From Eledone cirrhosa (Eukaryota), in NCBI GenBank assembly GCA_964016885.1, contig OZ024751.1, forward strand, positions 32,798,001-32,862,000: a stretch of DNA of 64,000 nucleotides, in the 5' to 3' direction. Every line of letters starts with the position of its first letter. The first letter of the stretch is position 1. Under the pieces are notes generated by a model that saw only the letters and a program-made list of their open reading frames with translations, was not told where the DNA came from and ran no database searches. The position numbers and the translations under genes were made by a program. Below are positions 37,112-50,269 of the stretch, piece by piece.

Positions 37112-37869
37112 ATTATTAGTTGTAGCTATAAGTTTAGCTAGATTGCCAGCGTTGAAATAGTATATGTCTATGTATGTATACACGTACACATGTTATTATG
37201 TATAGTGTTTTTGTGTTTATACGTCTACAAATGTTTATGCCATATTTCAATTAGGAAAGGGAGTTTACTCTTGGATATTTTAATAAAATTACGAGTTGTT
37301 TCCCCTCTTAGCAGGAAATTTAGTTATTTGATAAAACTCAATTGTCAAGGCTGGTTGTCTCGGTCAGTGCTAAGTGTCTGGTGATTGTTGCAGTGAAAAT
37401 CAATGAAGTGCAAGCATAACAGATGAGAGAAGCATGCAGGCCCAGCAGTTCGAGTTCGCTGCCAAGCAGATGCCAATATAATATAAAATATTATTGAATC
37501 AGATAGTTTATTGATTCCCTGTTCTATTGCAAAAGCGAATCCTTTAAAGTGCGAGACTATAGTGTTTGTCGTTGATGTATTTTTATCTATATTACTCTGC
37601 GTAAATACTGAATTTATGAGATGCCCGACCCTACATAAGCCCACAAACAGGCCTTCAACAGTAAAAATTGTCCTTTGTTAAAAAGAAGTTTTTTTCTTAA
37701 TATAATTACGTTTATCTGCTGGATTGGTTATTGACCATTTTTGTAGGAGGGGATTTTGTTAGTGGTGCGTTACCTTCGCTGACTTAACTCTGAGAAAGAA
37801 AAGCAATTATATTTTTCTTTAACTGTATTTAGCCACTGAACAATGGGTGTAGCTCCTTGGAGCACTCGG

Positions 37870-39460
37870 GTGTAATGACTTTGGCTTTAGTGTTCGTGTA
37901 GAGCAGTGATACTTTTGTATTCCACAAAAATCTTGATCAGGCAGTGACGATAGTCAGAATTATAGGCAATTTGCTTTAGCTCCTTCAAATATCTTCATCA
38001 GGATGTGACCGTTGGTTGATCTTTATCTGTGAAGCTGTTGTGGTTGTTTGAGCTTTTTGTCCATGTAGGGCTGGATTCTCTTAAGAATCACACCCTGTTG
38101 AGGGTCTTTGCCTGTAGTTGGTGTTAGAGAGATCTGCCTTCTTTGGCAGTGGCACGAAGTTACTGATCGTCCACTGGTTCAGGGCAACTCGTTTCTCCAG
38201 AACTGAAAATCACAACTCTACATGACCTGTAGCCACTCGATTTTCTCCATGGGCCTTGCCCTCCTTTATCTTTTTTTGCTCTCTGAAGCTCCTCTGGCAA
38301 AGGGTCCTGTCTCAATATGCAGTTTTTGTAACGGCCACCTGATCTGCCCAGTGTTCTTGGCTGTGGAGGGCATTTCATAGTTGTCTACTAAAATGGTCTA
38401 GACAATAATCTGACATCCGGTTTTAAATTCTTGTTATTGCCTGCAGGACTATGATAAAAAGGAGAGGGCTAAGAACAGCCCTGGTGTACACCGACCTGCA
38501 TGCTAATTTCCTCGCTCTAGTCATTGATAACTGCTGATTGTTTCTTTATACATGGCTTGTACAGCCCTCATAAGCTATTCATCTACTTCAAATTTTCTAA
38601 GAGCCCACCAGATTATAGCATGGTGGACTCTGTCGAAGGCTTTTTCCATTTCGACAAATGCCAGGTAGAGCGGCTTACTTTTAGCTAGGTACTTTTCCTG
38701 TAACTGCCTCACAAAGGTGAGGACATGGATGGTGCCTTTTCCTGGTACAAAGCCCAATTGCATATCATGTAGTTTCACCCTGTTCCTAATCAACTCTTTG
38801 TTACTTTCATGACCTGGTCCATCAGCTTTATACCTCTAGTTTCCTCTATCTAGTGCATCACTTTTACCTTTGTATCAGTTGACCATGATGCTGCTGCACG
38901 AATCGTTTGGTACGACGCCCTTTAGTATTACCTAGTTAACAATACGTGTGGTTATGGTCTGATCTACCGACCCAGATGCCTTGAGCATCTCGGCAGCTAT
39001 ACCCGATAGACTGGTTGCCTTCCCCGTCTTCATATCTTTGATTGCCATACTACATTGCTGCTGACTTGTTCTGCTAGCCCCTCTATAGGGTTCACTTTGG
39101 GTATGGTATCTTTTTCCCATACATTCTCCTCATTTAGTAATATTTCATACTGGCTCTTCCACGCATCTTCTCAGCACTTGTGAGTGCAAGCTGACTTTTA
39201 TCATTCTGGATACACTTTTGTCCAATGACATCACAATTCTCTCTGAAACACTGCCTCGTAATCTGGAACAACTGTTTCTGTTCCTCGTGTTGCAAAACAT
39301 GCTTGAATTTCCTATCCTCTGCCTCCCTTCTAGCTAAGTATACTTGTCGCCTAGCTTCGCTCCTGGTCTCTATGTAATGTGCCCTGTTTTTCCATTCTTT
39401 CCATGCCTGTCTCTTAGCCTTAACTGGCTCATCTACAATATTGTTCTACCACCAAGTCAC
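37870..39460 (-). mobile_element. Decayed RTE fragments in block copy 3 (about 0.9 kb deleted near 38400)
   Basis: MQLGFVPGKGT..VRQLQEKYLAKSKPLYLAFVEMEKAFDRV. Confidence 0.85.
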
Positions 39461-42229
39461 TCTCCTCATCCATGTATATATCTTTTTATCATCTTTTTCT
39501 CAAATATCCACACATGACGACACACATGCAAATATTATGCATGGATATGTTAACTGGTAGCTGGAGAGTGAGAATAATATAGATGATAAAAATCTATCTT
39601 CAGCAACAAGTGCTATATTGTCTCCCATGTTGAAAGATATTATTTTACAATATAAGAACTTGAAACTAAGACTAACTGATGTATAGAATAGAAAGACCTA
39701 GATGTGAAAAGAAGTGGAAATTGTGCAGATTGAAGATTGAAGATTTGACCGATGTGAAGAAACTGGAAAGATGTGTCGAAAAGCGTGAAGAATGCAGACC
39801 GTAGGAAAGACATCCCCGAGAGTGAACATTTGAAGCTAGAGCAAGGTTTTAAGAGTTAGAAAGAGTAGTTGTTGATTGTTCCTTTGAAAAGCAATGAAGT
39901 GGAAGCATAACAGACAAGAATGCAGACCCAGCAGTCGGAGTTAAGCAGCGAAGCAGATGCCAATATAATATTAAATATTAGAGAATCAGTTTGTTCTTAT
40001 TTCATGTTTTATTGCGAAATGGTATTGTTGAAAGCTAAAGACAATATAGCGTTTGTTGAAGATGATGTATATTACTTTCTATGCAGAAATAAGGAAACAT
40101 TTGCAGTCATCTTCATAATCATACGTTCGCTTTCAAGTGTGGGACATGTACTATTGAGCACCGCCTCTCCACTTATACCGGTCGTTGGTCACCTCGTTGG
40201 TGATCGTTAGCGATTTGAGGTCTGCTTTCACCACCCGTCTGTTTTTCTTAGTCTTCCTTCTACTGGAATTACTTGGCACATGTTTACCCAGCAAACCATC
40301 TTATTCTTCTCTCCTGCACATAACTCATACCCATTTTCTCTCTCAACTCATCTCTGCTCGGTCGTCGGAGCATGCTTCCTTCATTTCTTTGCCAGCCTTG
40401 GCATATTCTCTGCAATTGCTGGCCATGTCTCACTTCTTCCAACCCATCCTTATTGTAGATATTATGGCCTCGTAGTAGCCTCCTCTCTTTCTAATCTGCT
40501 CATCTGTATAGAACCCACCTTCATTTGAAAACTGTTTCTATCACTGTCACTTCTACTGTGAAATTTCTCTGTACATGTAGTTTTCACTACCTGTTTGCTT
40601 GCTATCCCATTACATATGTTGAGTACCCCAGATGTGCATTGTGTATATTTTATAGAATTTATCCCAACTCCTTTTCAACATAGGTAGCATGTCCTCTTTT
40701 CTATGTTTTTATTCTGTCCTCTTGCTTCCAACTACTGTTTCCATAGACAGCATTTCTTCTTTAGCTTCTTTACTGATTCTGCTATAAGAACCAGATCGTC
40801 ATGGACAGCTAGTTTTAAACGCATCTGTTACTGACAGCACCTCTGTACAAAGCCTGCACTGCCCTCACAAGACATTCCCCAACACCTAGTTTGGTTAGGC
40901 ACCACCAGATGACAGATCATGGTACCCTACCAAAGGAGTTGTCTGTCAACAAAATTAATTGCTAAGATGGTTATATTTTATATATTTCCTAAGACTCGTT
41001 TGATTAAAAAGCTTAATTTTTATTTCTTTTTACTATTAGTTGTAGCTCTTATAAGTTTAGCTAGATTGCCAGCGTTGAAATAGTTGCGCTTTAGTTGTGA
41101 TGTAGGTGTTGCAAGTTCCGGCTGTAAGTCGTGGGGGTGTAGTATATTGTCATGTATGTGTACATATGTCTGTGTATGTATACACGTACACATGTGTGTA
41201 GTGTTTTTGTGTTTATACGTCTACAAATGTATATGCAATATTTCAATTAGCAAAGGGAGATTACTGTTTGAATTTTTTAATAAAAATAAGAGTTGTTTCC
41301 CCTGTTAGCAGGAAATTTAGTTGTTTGATAAAACTGAATTGTCAAGGCTGGTTGTCTCGGTCAGTGCTAAGTGTCTGCTGAAGACTAGACATCTAAATTA
41401 CGATATATAAGTACACACATCCATGCATGGATATGTTGCCAAGGAGCTGTCGAGTGATTATAATGTAGATAAGCAAAATCTATGAACACTCGCTATATTA
41501 TCTCGCACTTTTATGGATATGTTTTTGCAATATAAGAATAGGAAACGAAGAAAAACTAATTGACTGAATACTGTGTGATGCAGGCAAAAGATGTTGAAAT
41601 TGTGCCGAATTAAGATTGAAAATTTGACCGCTGTGGAGCAGCTGTGGAAAATTTGCATGATGTAGTGAAGAATGCAGTGGGTAGAAAAGACATCCCCGAG
41701 AATAAACAAGAGTAATTGGTGATTGTTGCAGTGAAAATCAATGAAGTACAAGCATAACAGACGAGACAGAAGAATGCAGGCCCAGCAGTTGGAGTTCGCT
41801 GCCAATATAATATAAAATATTATTGAATCAGATAGTTTATTGATTCCCTGTTCTATTGCAAAAGCGAATCCTTTAAAGTGCGAGACTATAGTGTTTGTCG
41901 TTGATGTATTTTTATCTATATTACTCTGCGTAAATACTGAATTTATGAGATGCCCGACCCTACATAAGCCCACAAACAGACATTCAACAGTAAATATTTA
42001 ATTGTCCTTTGTTTAAAAAGAAATTTTTTTTTCTTAATATAATTACGTTTATCTGCTGGATTGGTTATTGACCATTTTTGTAGGAGGGGATTTTGTTAGT
42101 GGTGTGTTACCTTCGCTGACTTAACTCTCTGAGAAAGAAGAGCAATTTTGATATTTTTCTTTGACTGTATTTAGCCACTGAAGAATGGGTGTAGCTCCTT
42201 GGAGCAATCCAAGCAGTAACTCGAAGAAC

Positions 42230-44485
42230 CATCGGGTGTAATGACTTTGGCTTTAGTGTTCGTGTAGAGCAGTGATACTTTTGTATTCCACAAAAATCTT
42301 GATCAGGCAGTGACGATCGTCAGAATTATAGGCAATTTGCTCAAATATCTTCATCAAGATGTGACCGTTGGTTGATCTTTATCTCTGAAGCTGTTGTGGT
42401 TGTTTGAGCTTTTTGTCCATGTAGGGCTGGATTCTCTTAAGAATCACACCCTGTTGAGGGTCTTTGCGACAAGTGAGGTTCCCCTGTAGTTGGTGTTAGA
42501 GAGATCTGCCTTCTTTGGCAGTGGCACGAAGTTACTGATCGTCCACTGGTTCAGGGCAACTCGTTTCTCCAGAACTGAAAATCACAACTCTTACATGACC
42601 TGTAGCCACTCGATTTTCTCCATGGGCCTTGCCCTCCATTATCTTCTTTTTTTGCTCTCTGAAGCTCCTCTCTGGCAAAGGGTCCTGTCTCAATATGCAG
42701 TTTTTGTAACAGCCACCTGATCTGCCCAGTGTTCTTGGCTGTGGAGGGCATCTCATAGTTGTGTTCTAAAATGGTCCAGCCATTTCCTTTTTCCTATCCT
42801 CTGGATCTGTTTCCTTGATCTGACTCTTCCTCCATGTGATCTCGTTGATCATCCAACTGTCAACCGTTCTCTTAACACTTTAGTGCCTCCTCTCTGGCGT
42901 CAGTGTAAGCGGTACAGAGTGCTTCCCTCATCACCTCCACTGTGTCCATCCTCTCCATAGGATCAGCACAGAATTGGTCCTTGGCAGGCTGCACACACCT
43001 TTGGGTCTGCAGAACTGACATGCTTCCTCTTCTTTCTCCTCAGCATCAGTGTCTCACTTGCTACTGCATTGTTCAAGTAGCCGTACCTCTTTGTCAAACT
43101 CTCTACATAGAGCACTGAACCTGTTGCTCACTTCTCCTGTGAACCTCTTCTGTAGCTTATGTTCCTTGAACGTTCCCCAGTCATAGATTATACTGTTGGT
43201 GTAGCCTTGCTCTTTCTTAAGCTCACTCGGACCTCACTCATAACAAGCATGTGTCCACTGTCCCAGTGTACTGAAATAGTTGTATGGTTCTGTGTTGAGA
43301 ACACTATTGCGCTGCTTTTTCCTCACCAGAAAGAAATCAATCTAGGTCTTGGTCCACATCTTTTCTTGATTCTCCCTTAACGTTAGGTTGGTTGCCATCA
43401 AGTTTGCATCCAGCATGGCGTCTGTCGGTAGTCTTCCATTTCTGTTGGTGTTAGGGAATTACCAGCGCGGATCTTCTCTACTCTCCTTACTCAGATGTGC
43501 ATAGAAGTCCCTCAGAAGAATGATGTTTTGAGCTTGTGTGGTGTTGACAGCTCTACACATCTCCTCATGAAATTCCTCCGCATTCACATCACTGTCTCCC
43601 TTGGTAGGACTATAATCTGATATCCGGTTTTAAATTCCTGTTATTGCCTGCAGGACTATGATAAAAAGGAGAGGGCTAAGAACAGCCCTGGTGTACACGG
43701 ACCTGCATGCTAAATTACTCGCTCTAGTCATTGATAACCCTAACTTTGCTGATTGTTTCTTTATACATGGCTTGGTACAGCCCTCATAAGCTATTCATCT
43801 ACTTCAAATTTTCTAAGAGCTCACCAGATTATAGCATGGTGGACTCTGTCGAAGGCTTTTTCCATTTCGACAAATGCCAGGTAGAGAGGCTTACTTTTAG
43901 CTAGGTACTAATCAACTGTGCTATAACTCTTTACGTTACTTTCATGATCTGGTGGTCCATCAGCTTTATACCTCTCTAGTTTCCTCTATCTAGTGCATCA
44001 CCTTTACCTTTGTATCAGTTGACCATGATGCTGCTGCACGAATCGTTTGGTACGACGCCCTTTAGTATTATCTAGTTAACAATACGTGTGGTTATGGTCT
44101 GATCTACCGACCCAGATGCCTTGAGCATCTCGGCAGCTATACCCGATGGACCGGTTGCCTTCCCCGTCTTCATATCTATGATTGCCATACTACATTGCTG
44201 CTGACTTGTTCTGCTAGCCCCTCTATAGGGTTCACTTTGGGTATGGTATCTTTTTCCCATACATTCTCCTCATTTAGTAATCTTTCATACTGGCTCTTCC
44301 ACGCATCTTCTCAGCACTTTTGTCCAATGACATCACAATTCTCTCTGGAACACCTGTTTCTTTTCCTCGTGTTGCAAAACATGCTTGAAATTCCTATCCT
44401 CTACCTTCCTTCTAGCTATTCTTTCCATGCCTGTCTCTTAGCCTTAACTGCCTCATCTACCATATTGTTCTACCACCAAGTCACT
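42230..44485 (-). mobile_element. Decayed RTE fragments in block copy 4
   Basis: Paralogous to 27900-30295. Confidence 0.85.
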
Positions 44486-47266
44486 CTCCTCATCCATGTA
44501 TATATCTTTTTATCATTATCCTTTTCTCAAATATACACACAGGCAAATATTATGCATGGATATGTTAACTGGTAGCTGGAGAGAGAATAATATAGATAAG
44601 TCTATCTTCAGCAACAAGTGCTATATTGTCTCCCATGTTGAAAGATATTATTTTACAATATAAGAACTTGAAACTAAGACTAACTGATGTATAGAATAGA
44701 AAGACCTAGATGTGAAAAGAAGTGGAAATTGTGCAGATTGAAGATTGAAGATTTGACCGATGTGAAGAAACTGGAAAGATGTTTCGAAAAGAGTGAACAA
44801 TGCAGTCCGTAGGAAAGACATCCCCGAGAGTGAACATTTGAAGCTAGAGCAAGGTTTTAAGAGTTAGAAAGAGTAGTTGTTGATTGTTCCTGTGAAAAGC
44901 AACAAAGTGCAAGCATAACAGACGAGACAAGAATGCAGGCCCACCAGTCGTAGTTAAGCAGCAAAGCAGATGCCAATATATTATTAAATATTAGAGAATC
45001 AGTTTGTTCTTATTTCATGTTTTATTGCGAAATGGTATTGTTGAAAGCTAAAGACAATATAGCGTTTGTTGAAGATGATGTATATTACTTTCTATGCAGA
45101 AATAATGAAACATTTGCACAGTCATCTTCATGATCATACGTTCGCTTTCAAGTGTGGGACATGTACTATTGAGCACCGCCTCTCCACTTATACCGGCCGT
45201 TGGTCACCTCGTTGGTGATCGTTAGCGATTTGAGGTCTGCTCTCACCACCGCCGTATATGTTTTTCCTAGTCTTCCTCTACTGCGTGTTCCTTCTACTGG
45301 AATTTCTTGGCACATGTTTACCCAGCAAACCATCTTATTCTTCACTCCTGCACATAACTCATACCCATTTTCTCTCTCAACTCATCTCTGCTCGGTCGTC
45401 GGAGCATGCTTCCTTCATTTCTTTGCCAGCCTTGGCATATTCTCTGCAATTGCTGGCCATGTCTCACTTCTTCCAACCCATCTTTATTGTAGATACTCTG
45501 GCCTCGTAGTAGCCTCCTCTCTTTCTAATCTGCTCATCTATGTAGCGGAAGGTACGAACCACTTGTATAGAACCCACCTTCATTTGAAAACTGTTTCTAT
45601 CACTGTCACTTTTACTGTGAAATTTCTCTGTACAGGTAGTTTTCACTACCTGTTTGCTTGCTATCCCACTACATATGTTGAGTACCCCAGATGTGCATTG
45701 CGTATATTTTATATAATTTATCCCAACGCCTTTTCAACATAGTGAGCATGTTCTCTTTTCTATATTTTTATTGTCCTCTTGCTTCCAACTAGTTTCCATA
45801 GACAGGATTTCTTCTCTAGCTTGTTTACTGATTCTGCTATAAGAACCAGATCGTCACGGACAGCCAGTTTTAAACGCATCTGTTACTGACAGCACCTCTG
45901 TACAAAGCCTATACGGCCCTCACCACCTAGTTTGGTTAGGCACCACCAGATGACAGATCATGGTAACCTACCAAAGGAGTTGTATGTCAAAAAAATTAAT
46001 TGCTAAGATGGATTACATTGCCACCAGTTATATTTTATATATTTCCTAAGACTCGTTTGATTAAAAAGCTTAATTTTTTTATTTCTTTTTACTGACATTA
46101 TTAGTTGTAGCTGTGATAAGTTTAGCTAGATTGCTAGCGTTGAAATAGTTGCGCTTTAGTTGTGATGTAGGTGTTGCAAGTTCCGGCTGTAAGTCGTGGG
46201 GGTGTAGTATATTGTCATGTATGTGTACATATGTCTATGTATGTATACACGTACACATGTTGTTATTGTGTATAGTGTTTTTGTGTTTATACGTCTACAA
46301 ATGTATATGCAATATTTCAATTAGCAAAGGGAGTTTACTCTTGGATATTTTAATAAAATTACGAGTTGTTTCCCTTCTTAGCAGGAAATTTAGTTTGATA
46401 AAACTGAATTGTCAAGGCTGGTTGTCTTGGTCATTGGTAAGCGTCTGTTGAAGACTAGACATCTAAATTACGATATACAAGTACACGCATTCATGAATGG
46501 ATATGTTGTCAAGTAGCTTGCGAGTGAGAATAATGTAGATAAGCAAAATCTATGAACACTCGCTATATTATCTCGCACTTTTATGGATATGTTTTTGCAA
46601 TACAAGAATAGGAAACGAAGAAAAACTAATTCACTGAATACAGTGTGATGCAGGCAAAAGATGTTGAAATTGTGCCGAATTAAGATTGAAAATTTGACCG
46701 ATGTGGAGCAGCTGTGGAAAATTTGCATGATGTAGTGAATAATGCAGTGGGTAGAAAAGACATCCCCGAAAATAAACAGAAAGAGTAGTTCCAGTGAAAA
46801 TCAATGAAGTGCAAGCATAACAGATGAGAGAAGCATGCAGGCCCAGCAGTTGGAGTTCGCTGCTAAGCAGATCGATGCCAATAGAATCTAAAATATTATG
46901 GAATCAGATAGTTTATCGATTCCCTGTTTTATTGCAAAAGCGAATCCTTCAAAGTGCGAGACAATATAGTGTTTGTTGTTGGTGATAATATACTTTGTGT
47001 AATAGTCTCTGTTCATAAATAATGAAAAATGTGCACATAGTCGACCCTGACTATACGTTCATATTAGTTGTGAAGCTTTGCTTGTTTAAAACAGAAAGAC
47101 GACCATCTTTGATTAAAAATATCATTGTATAAGTTGTGCTTCTAAACACTACATGTAAACATGTAGAACACAGACATTCACAAAGACCTTCAACACTAAA
47201 TTTTAAAAAACAAATGGTTATTTAATTTCTATAATTAATTAAGATGGATTACATGGCCACCGATTA

Positions 47267-47890
47267 TCTATATATAAAACTGAAGATGTCCGAGTTCGAA
47301 TCGCTAAAGCTCGAGAACCACCCAACGGACTGTTTTCAAACTTTACACATGTAATACTTATGTTTGAGAGATTGTTCTGATCACCCCCAATAGATTTCAA
47401 CTTTTCTAAGCCCACAGGGACGACATTAGGCGGTTTAGCGATCTCACTCTATAATTCTTAGTCTCTTTTTCGATAGACGTACTTATAACGTCGCGCCCTT
47501 ATATCTGTCTGACTGTCTGCATTACGTCACTTCCTTGAGGGTGTGTTTGAATCCCTTAAACTCGAAGTACCCAACCGATATTTTTTCAAACTATAAATGC
47601 GTATTACTTAGGTTTAAGGTAGTGTTATGCACATTAAAAATTTAAACATTTTTTTTATCTGCTGGGGCCCGCATTAGATGAAAAAGTTTTTTTTTTATCT
47701 TTAGACTTTTTGTAGCCGTTACGTCTAGCCGATTTTCGCTAAATTTCAAGGCATATTATGGTCATAAAAAGAAAATCATTATCTCGATCCCCTAGGGCCC
47801 GCATTAGGTGAAAACCTGCCTTTTTCTTGCTTCATCCATCAGAGTATTTGAAAATACTTTATATGGTGCAACGCCAGGTACCACTGCTAG
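47267..47890 (+). mobile_element. Non-autonomous Helitron inserted at A|T without TSD
   Basis: A|TCTATATATAAAACTG...gtgcaacgccaggtaccactgCTAG|T; flanks rejoin to match empty sites at ~31800, 36840, 46020. Confidence 0.9.
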
Positions 47891-48229
47891 TATATTATAG
47901 ATTTCACGAAACTCGTTTATTTAAATCTTTTTTACCATAATGCCATTTCGACTATAGATCTGATAAGTTGAGCTAGATTGCCAGCGTCGAAATAGTTTCG
48001 CTTTAGTTAGGATGTAGGTGTTGAAAGGGCCGGATGTGAGCCTTGGGTGTAGTCTATTTTCACACATTCGTAGATATATACATGTATGTATATATATCTA
48101 AACACGTGTATGAAAGTATGTACACGACTTTATGTATGTAACCCTGTAACATTGAGCTTTCCGATAACCCTTTGTAAATATGCAATGTCGGTTTGATAAG
48201 CACGACAAAGAATTGAAGATACTAGGCAG

Positions 48230-48397
48230 ATTAACATGTTAGTTGAACGACCGTTGACTTGAATTGCGCGTGAAAATACGTGGGTGCAGTTGGTGGGGCT
48301 GATGCTTTTAAGTTTGTTTTTGTCTTGTTGAATAATCATGGCGTGCTACTTTGTAGTACTTGTATTGCAGGCCGTTGTTCCGGTGGTTAAGGTAAGT
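48230..48397 (+). promoter_or_regulatory. Promoter/first-exon-like segment facing the telomere
   Basis: Several CpGs; aatcATGGCG at 48338; 18 codons MACYFVVLVLQAVVPVVK; consensus donor AAG|GTAAGT at 48391/48392. Confidence 0.35.
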
Positions 48398-48599
48398 GGC
48401 GATGTTATTACTGTTTGGGTATTTTAAGTTTTCGTCTAGTTGGTTTGGGGTGGCGGTCGGATTGGTTTCAGATTAACGGTCTGTGTCTGGTTTACAGTTG
48501 TGATTAGTTTGTGTAAGAAGCGAAGAATGCCGCGATATATATTTATATTTTTAGAAAGGGAGAAACTGTATTTTAATCATTTTATCTGTAGAAACGTTA

Positions 48600-50045
48600 A
48601 TTGCGAGATAGATTTTATTAAGGGGAAAGTTTTTGAGATAGGACAGTTAATAATTAAGTTAGAAATGCGTCAAAATGATAACAGAGATATTTCGAACTAT
48701 AGACATATATGTAAAATTATCGCAGACAATTAGACATTTAATTTCCGCAAAATATATAATTCCACGGGAGAGAATGTACTATATAATCAATTGATTTCTC
48801 TCCCTTTAGTTCACTTTATATTTGTAAAGGGAGAGAAGTTTATTTAACAATATCTGTTATCTCCCCTTGACAGACTTTAATTATAATTATAATTTTTTAG
48901 AAAAATATATTTTATTTTGGAAAAAGGTATTAGTAACAGTTTAATTTAAAAAAATAGTTGTCTCCCCTTGCTACACTTTGACTATAATGTAATACATTAT
49001 GTCGTGACATTACTGCTGTTTTTATCAAGTAATTCTAACGCCCGGAATTTATAATTTAGTTATTAACTTAATATTAGCTCCCGAGAATCAACTTAAATAA
49101 GTTGTTTCCCCTTATTTGACTCAGTTTATTTTTATCTGGTCTTAACATAAGCTATCGCCGTTTTTATAGTGCAGGAATTAGTTACAATGTCTAGGTATCT
49201 ACACTTAATTTATTTAAATGTAAGGTTAATAAAATTTGCAAGCTAATTTTAATTAATAAATTTGTCCAACTGTTTTCCATTTCAAATAATGTTATCTGTC
49301 GAACTTAATTAATTGCGAGAGACCCTTTTCTGAACGCACAGCGACGGCATTAGGAAAAAACAGTCAATTTTTACGGACAAATGTATCATAGATTCAGTTT
49401 AATTTATATAGTATGTACGTTGTAACATAATTTCCCGCCGTTTTTCTGAGAAAACAACACTATAAAAACGGCGTGGATTTACGTTACATTATATATAATT
49501 TACTTTTAACTAAGGTAGATAATATGGTTTATTTAATAAATAGGTTGTTTCCCTTGGCCGGACATTAAGTAACATAAATTTTCGCCGTTTTTATAGTGCT
49601 TCATAGTATTTAAAAATGCGGAAATTTCTGTTACACCGAAATAAAGTTAAAGTATGGCCAAGGGAAACAACCTATTTATTAAATAAACAATTTTATCTCC
49701 CTTAGTTCAAACTAAAAACCAATTAAATTATATTTTATAAAATTGAATTATATATATATAATGTAACGTAAATTGACGCCGTTTTAGCAGTTCGTTTTCT
49801 GATATTATTTACGAACTCTTTCCGCAGTCTAATAGTAAACAAACTAATAACAACGGCGTTGATTTACGTTACATTATATTTAATTTTCTTATAAAAGATT
49901 GTTAGTTGATTTTTTTTATTGAATTAAGGGAGATAACATTGTTTATTAAATAAAAAGGTTGTTTCCCTTGGCAGGATTTAAGTTACAACGGCATATTTTC
50001 TCAGATATCTAGAGTATTTAATAATTAGGTTGTCCCCCTTTACTT
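48600..50045. repeat. AT-rich telomere-adjacent foldback region with alternating inverted modules
   Basis: Module at ~49466-49559 (+), ~49656-49785 (-), ~49852-49972 (+); about a dozen GTTRTYTCCC(C)TT-like motifs on both strands. Confidence 0.85.
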
Positions 50046-50077
50046 GATATACCTATACTAATATATATTTATACAAC

Positions 50078-50269
50078 TTGGGGTTAAGGGTTAAGGGTTA
50101 GGGGTTAGGGGTCAGGGGGTTGGGGTTGGGGTTGGGGTTGGGGTTAGGGTTAGGGTTAGGGTTAGGATTAGGCTTAGGGTTTGGATTAGGCTTAGGGTTT
50201 GGGTTAGAGTTAGGGTTTGGGTTTGGGTTTGGGTTGGGGTTGGGGTTGGGGTTGGGGTTGGGGTTGGGG
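50078..50269 (+). repeat. Proximal telomere variant repeats
   Basis: TTAAGGG, TTAGGGG, TCAGGG, TTGGGG, TTAGGA, TTAGGC, TTTGGG and TTAGAG units. Confidence 0.92.

Larger units (their letters stand above)
26600..48100. repeat. Subtelomeric tandem segmental duplication: four 4-5.5 kb copies plus a diverged partial fifth
   Basis: Anchor ttag(c/g)aaaggga at ~26662, 32201, 37251, 41247, 46321; recurring MGKRYHTQSEPY pseudo-ORF at 29764, 34883, 38932, 44072. Confidence 0.95.

Noticed and set aside
26600-48100. Telomere-maintaining retrotransposon array (HeT-A/TART or TRAS/SART-like)
   Set aside because: LINE pieces are decayed RTE fragments co-duplicated with their flanks; none is intact or inserted in TTAGGG, and a long canonical array is present
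48600-50045. CRISPR-like repeat-spacer array
   Set aside because: Eukaryotic context, motifs in both orientations, irregular spacing and no cas genes
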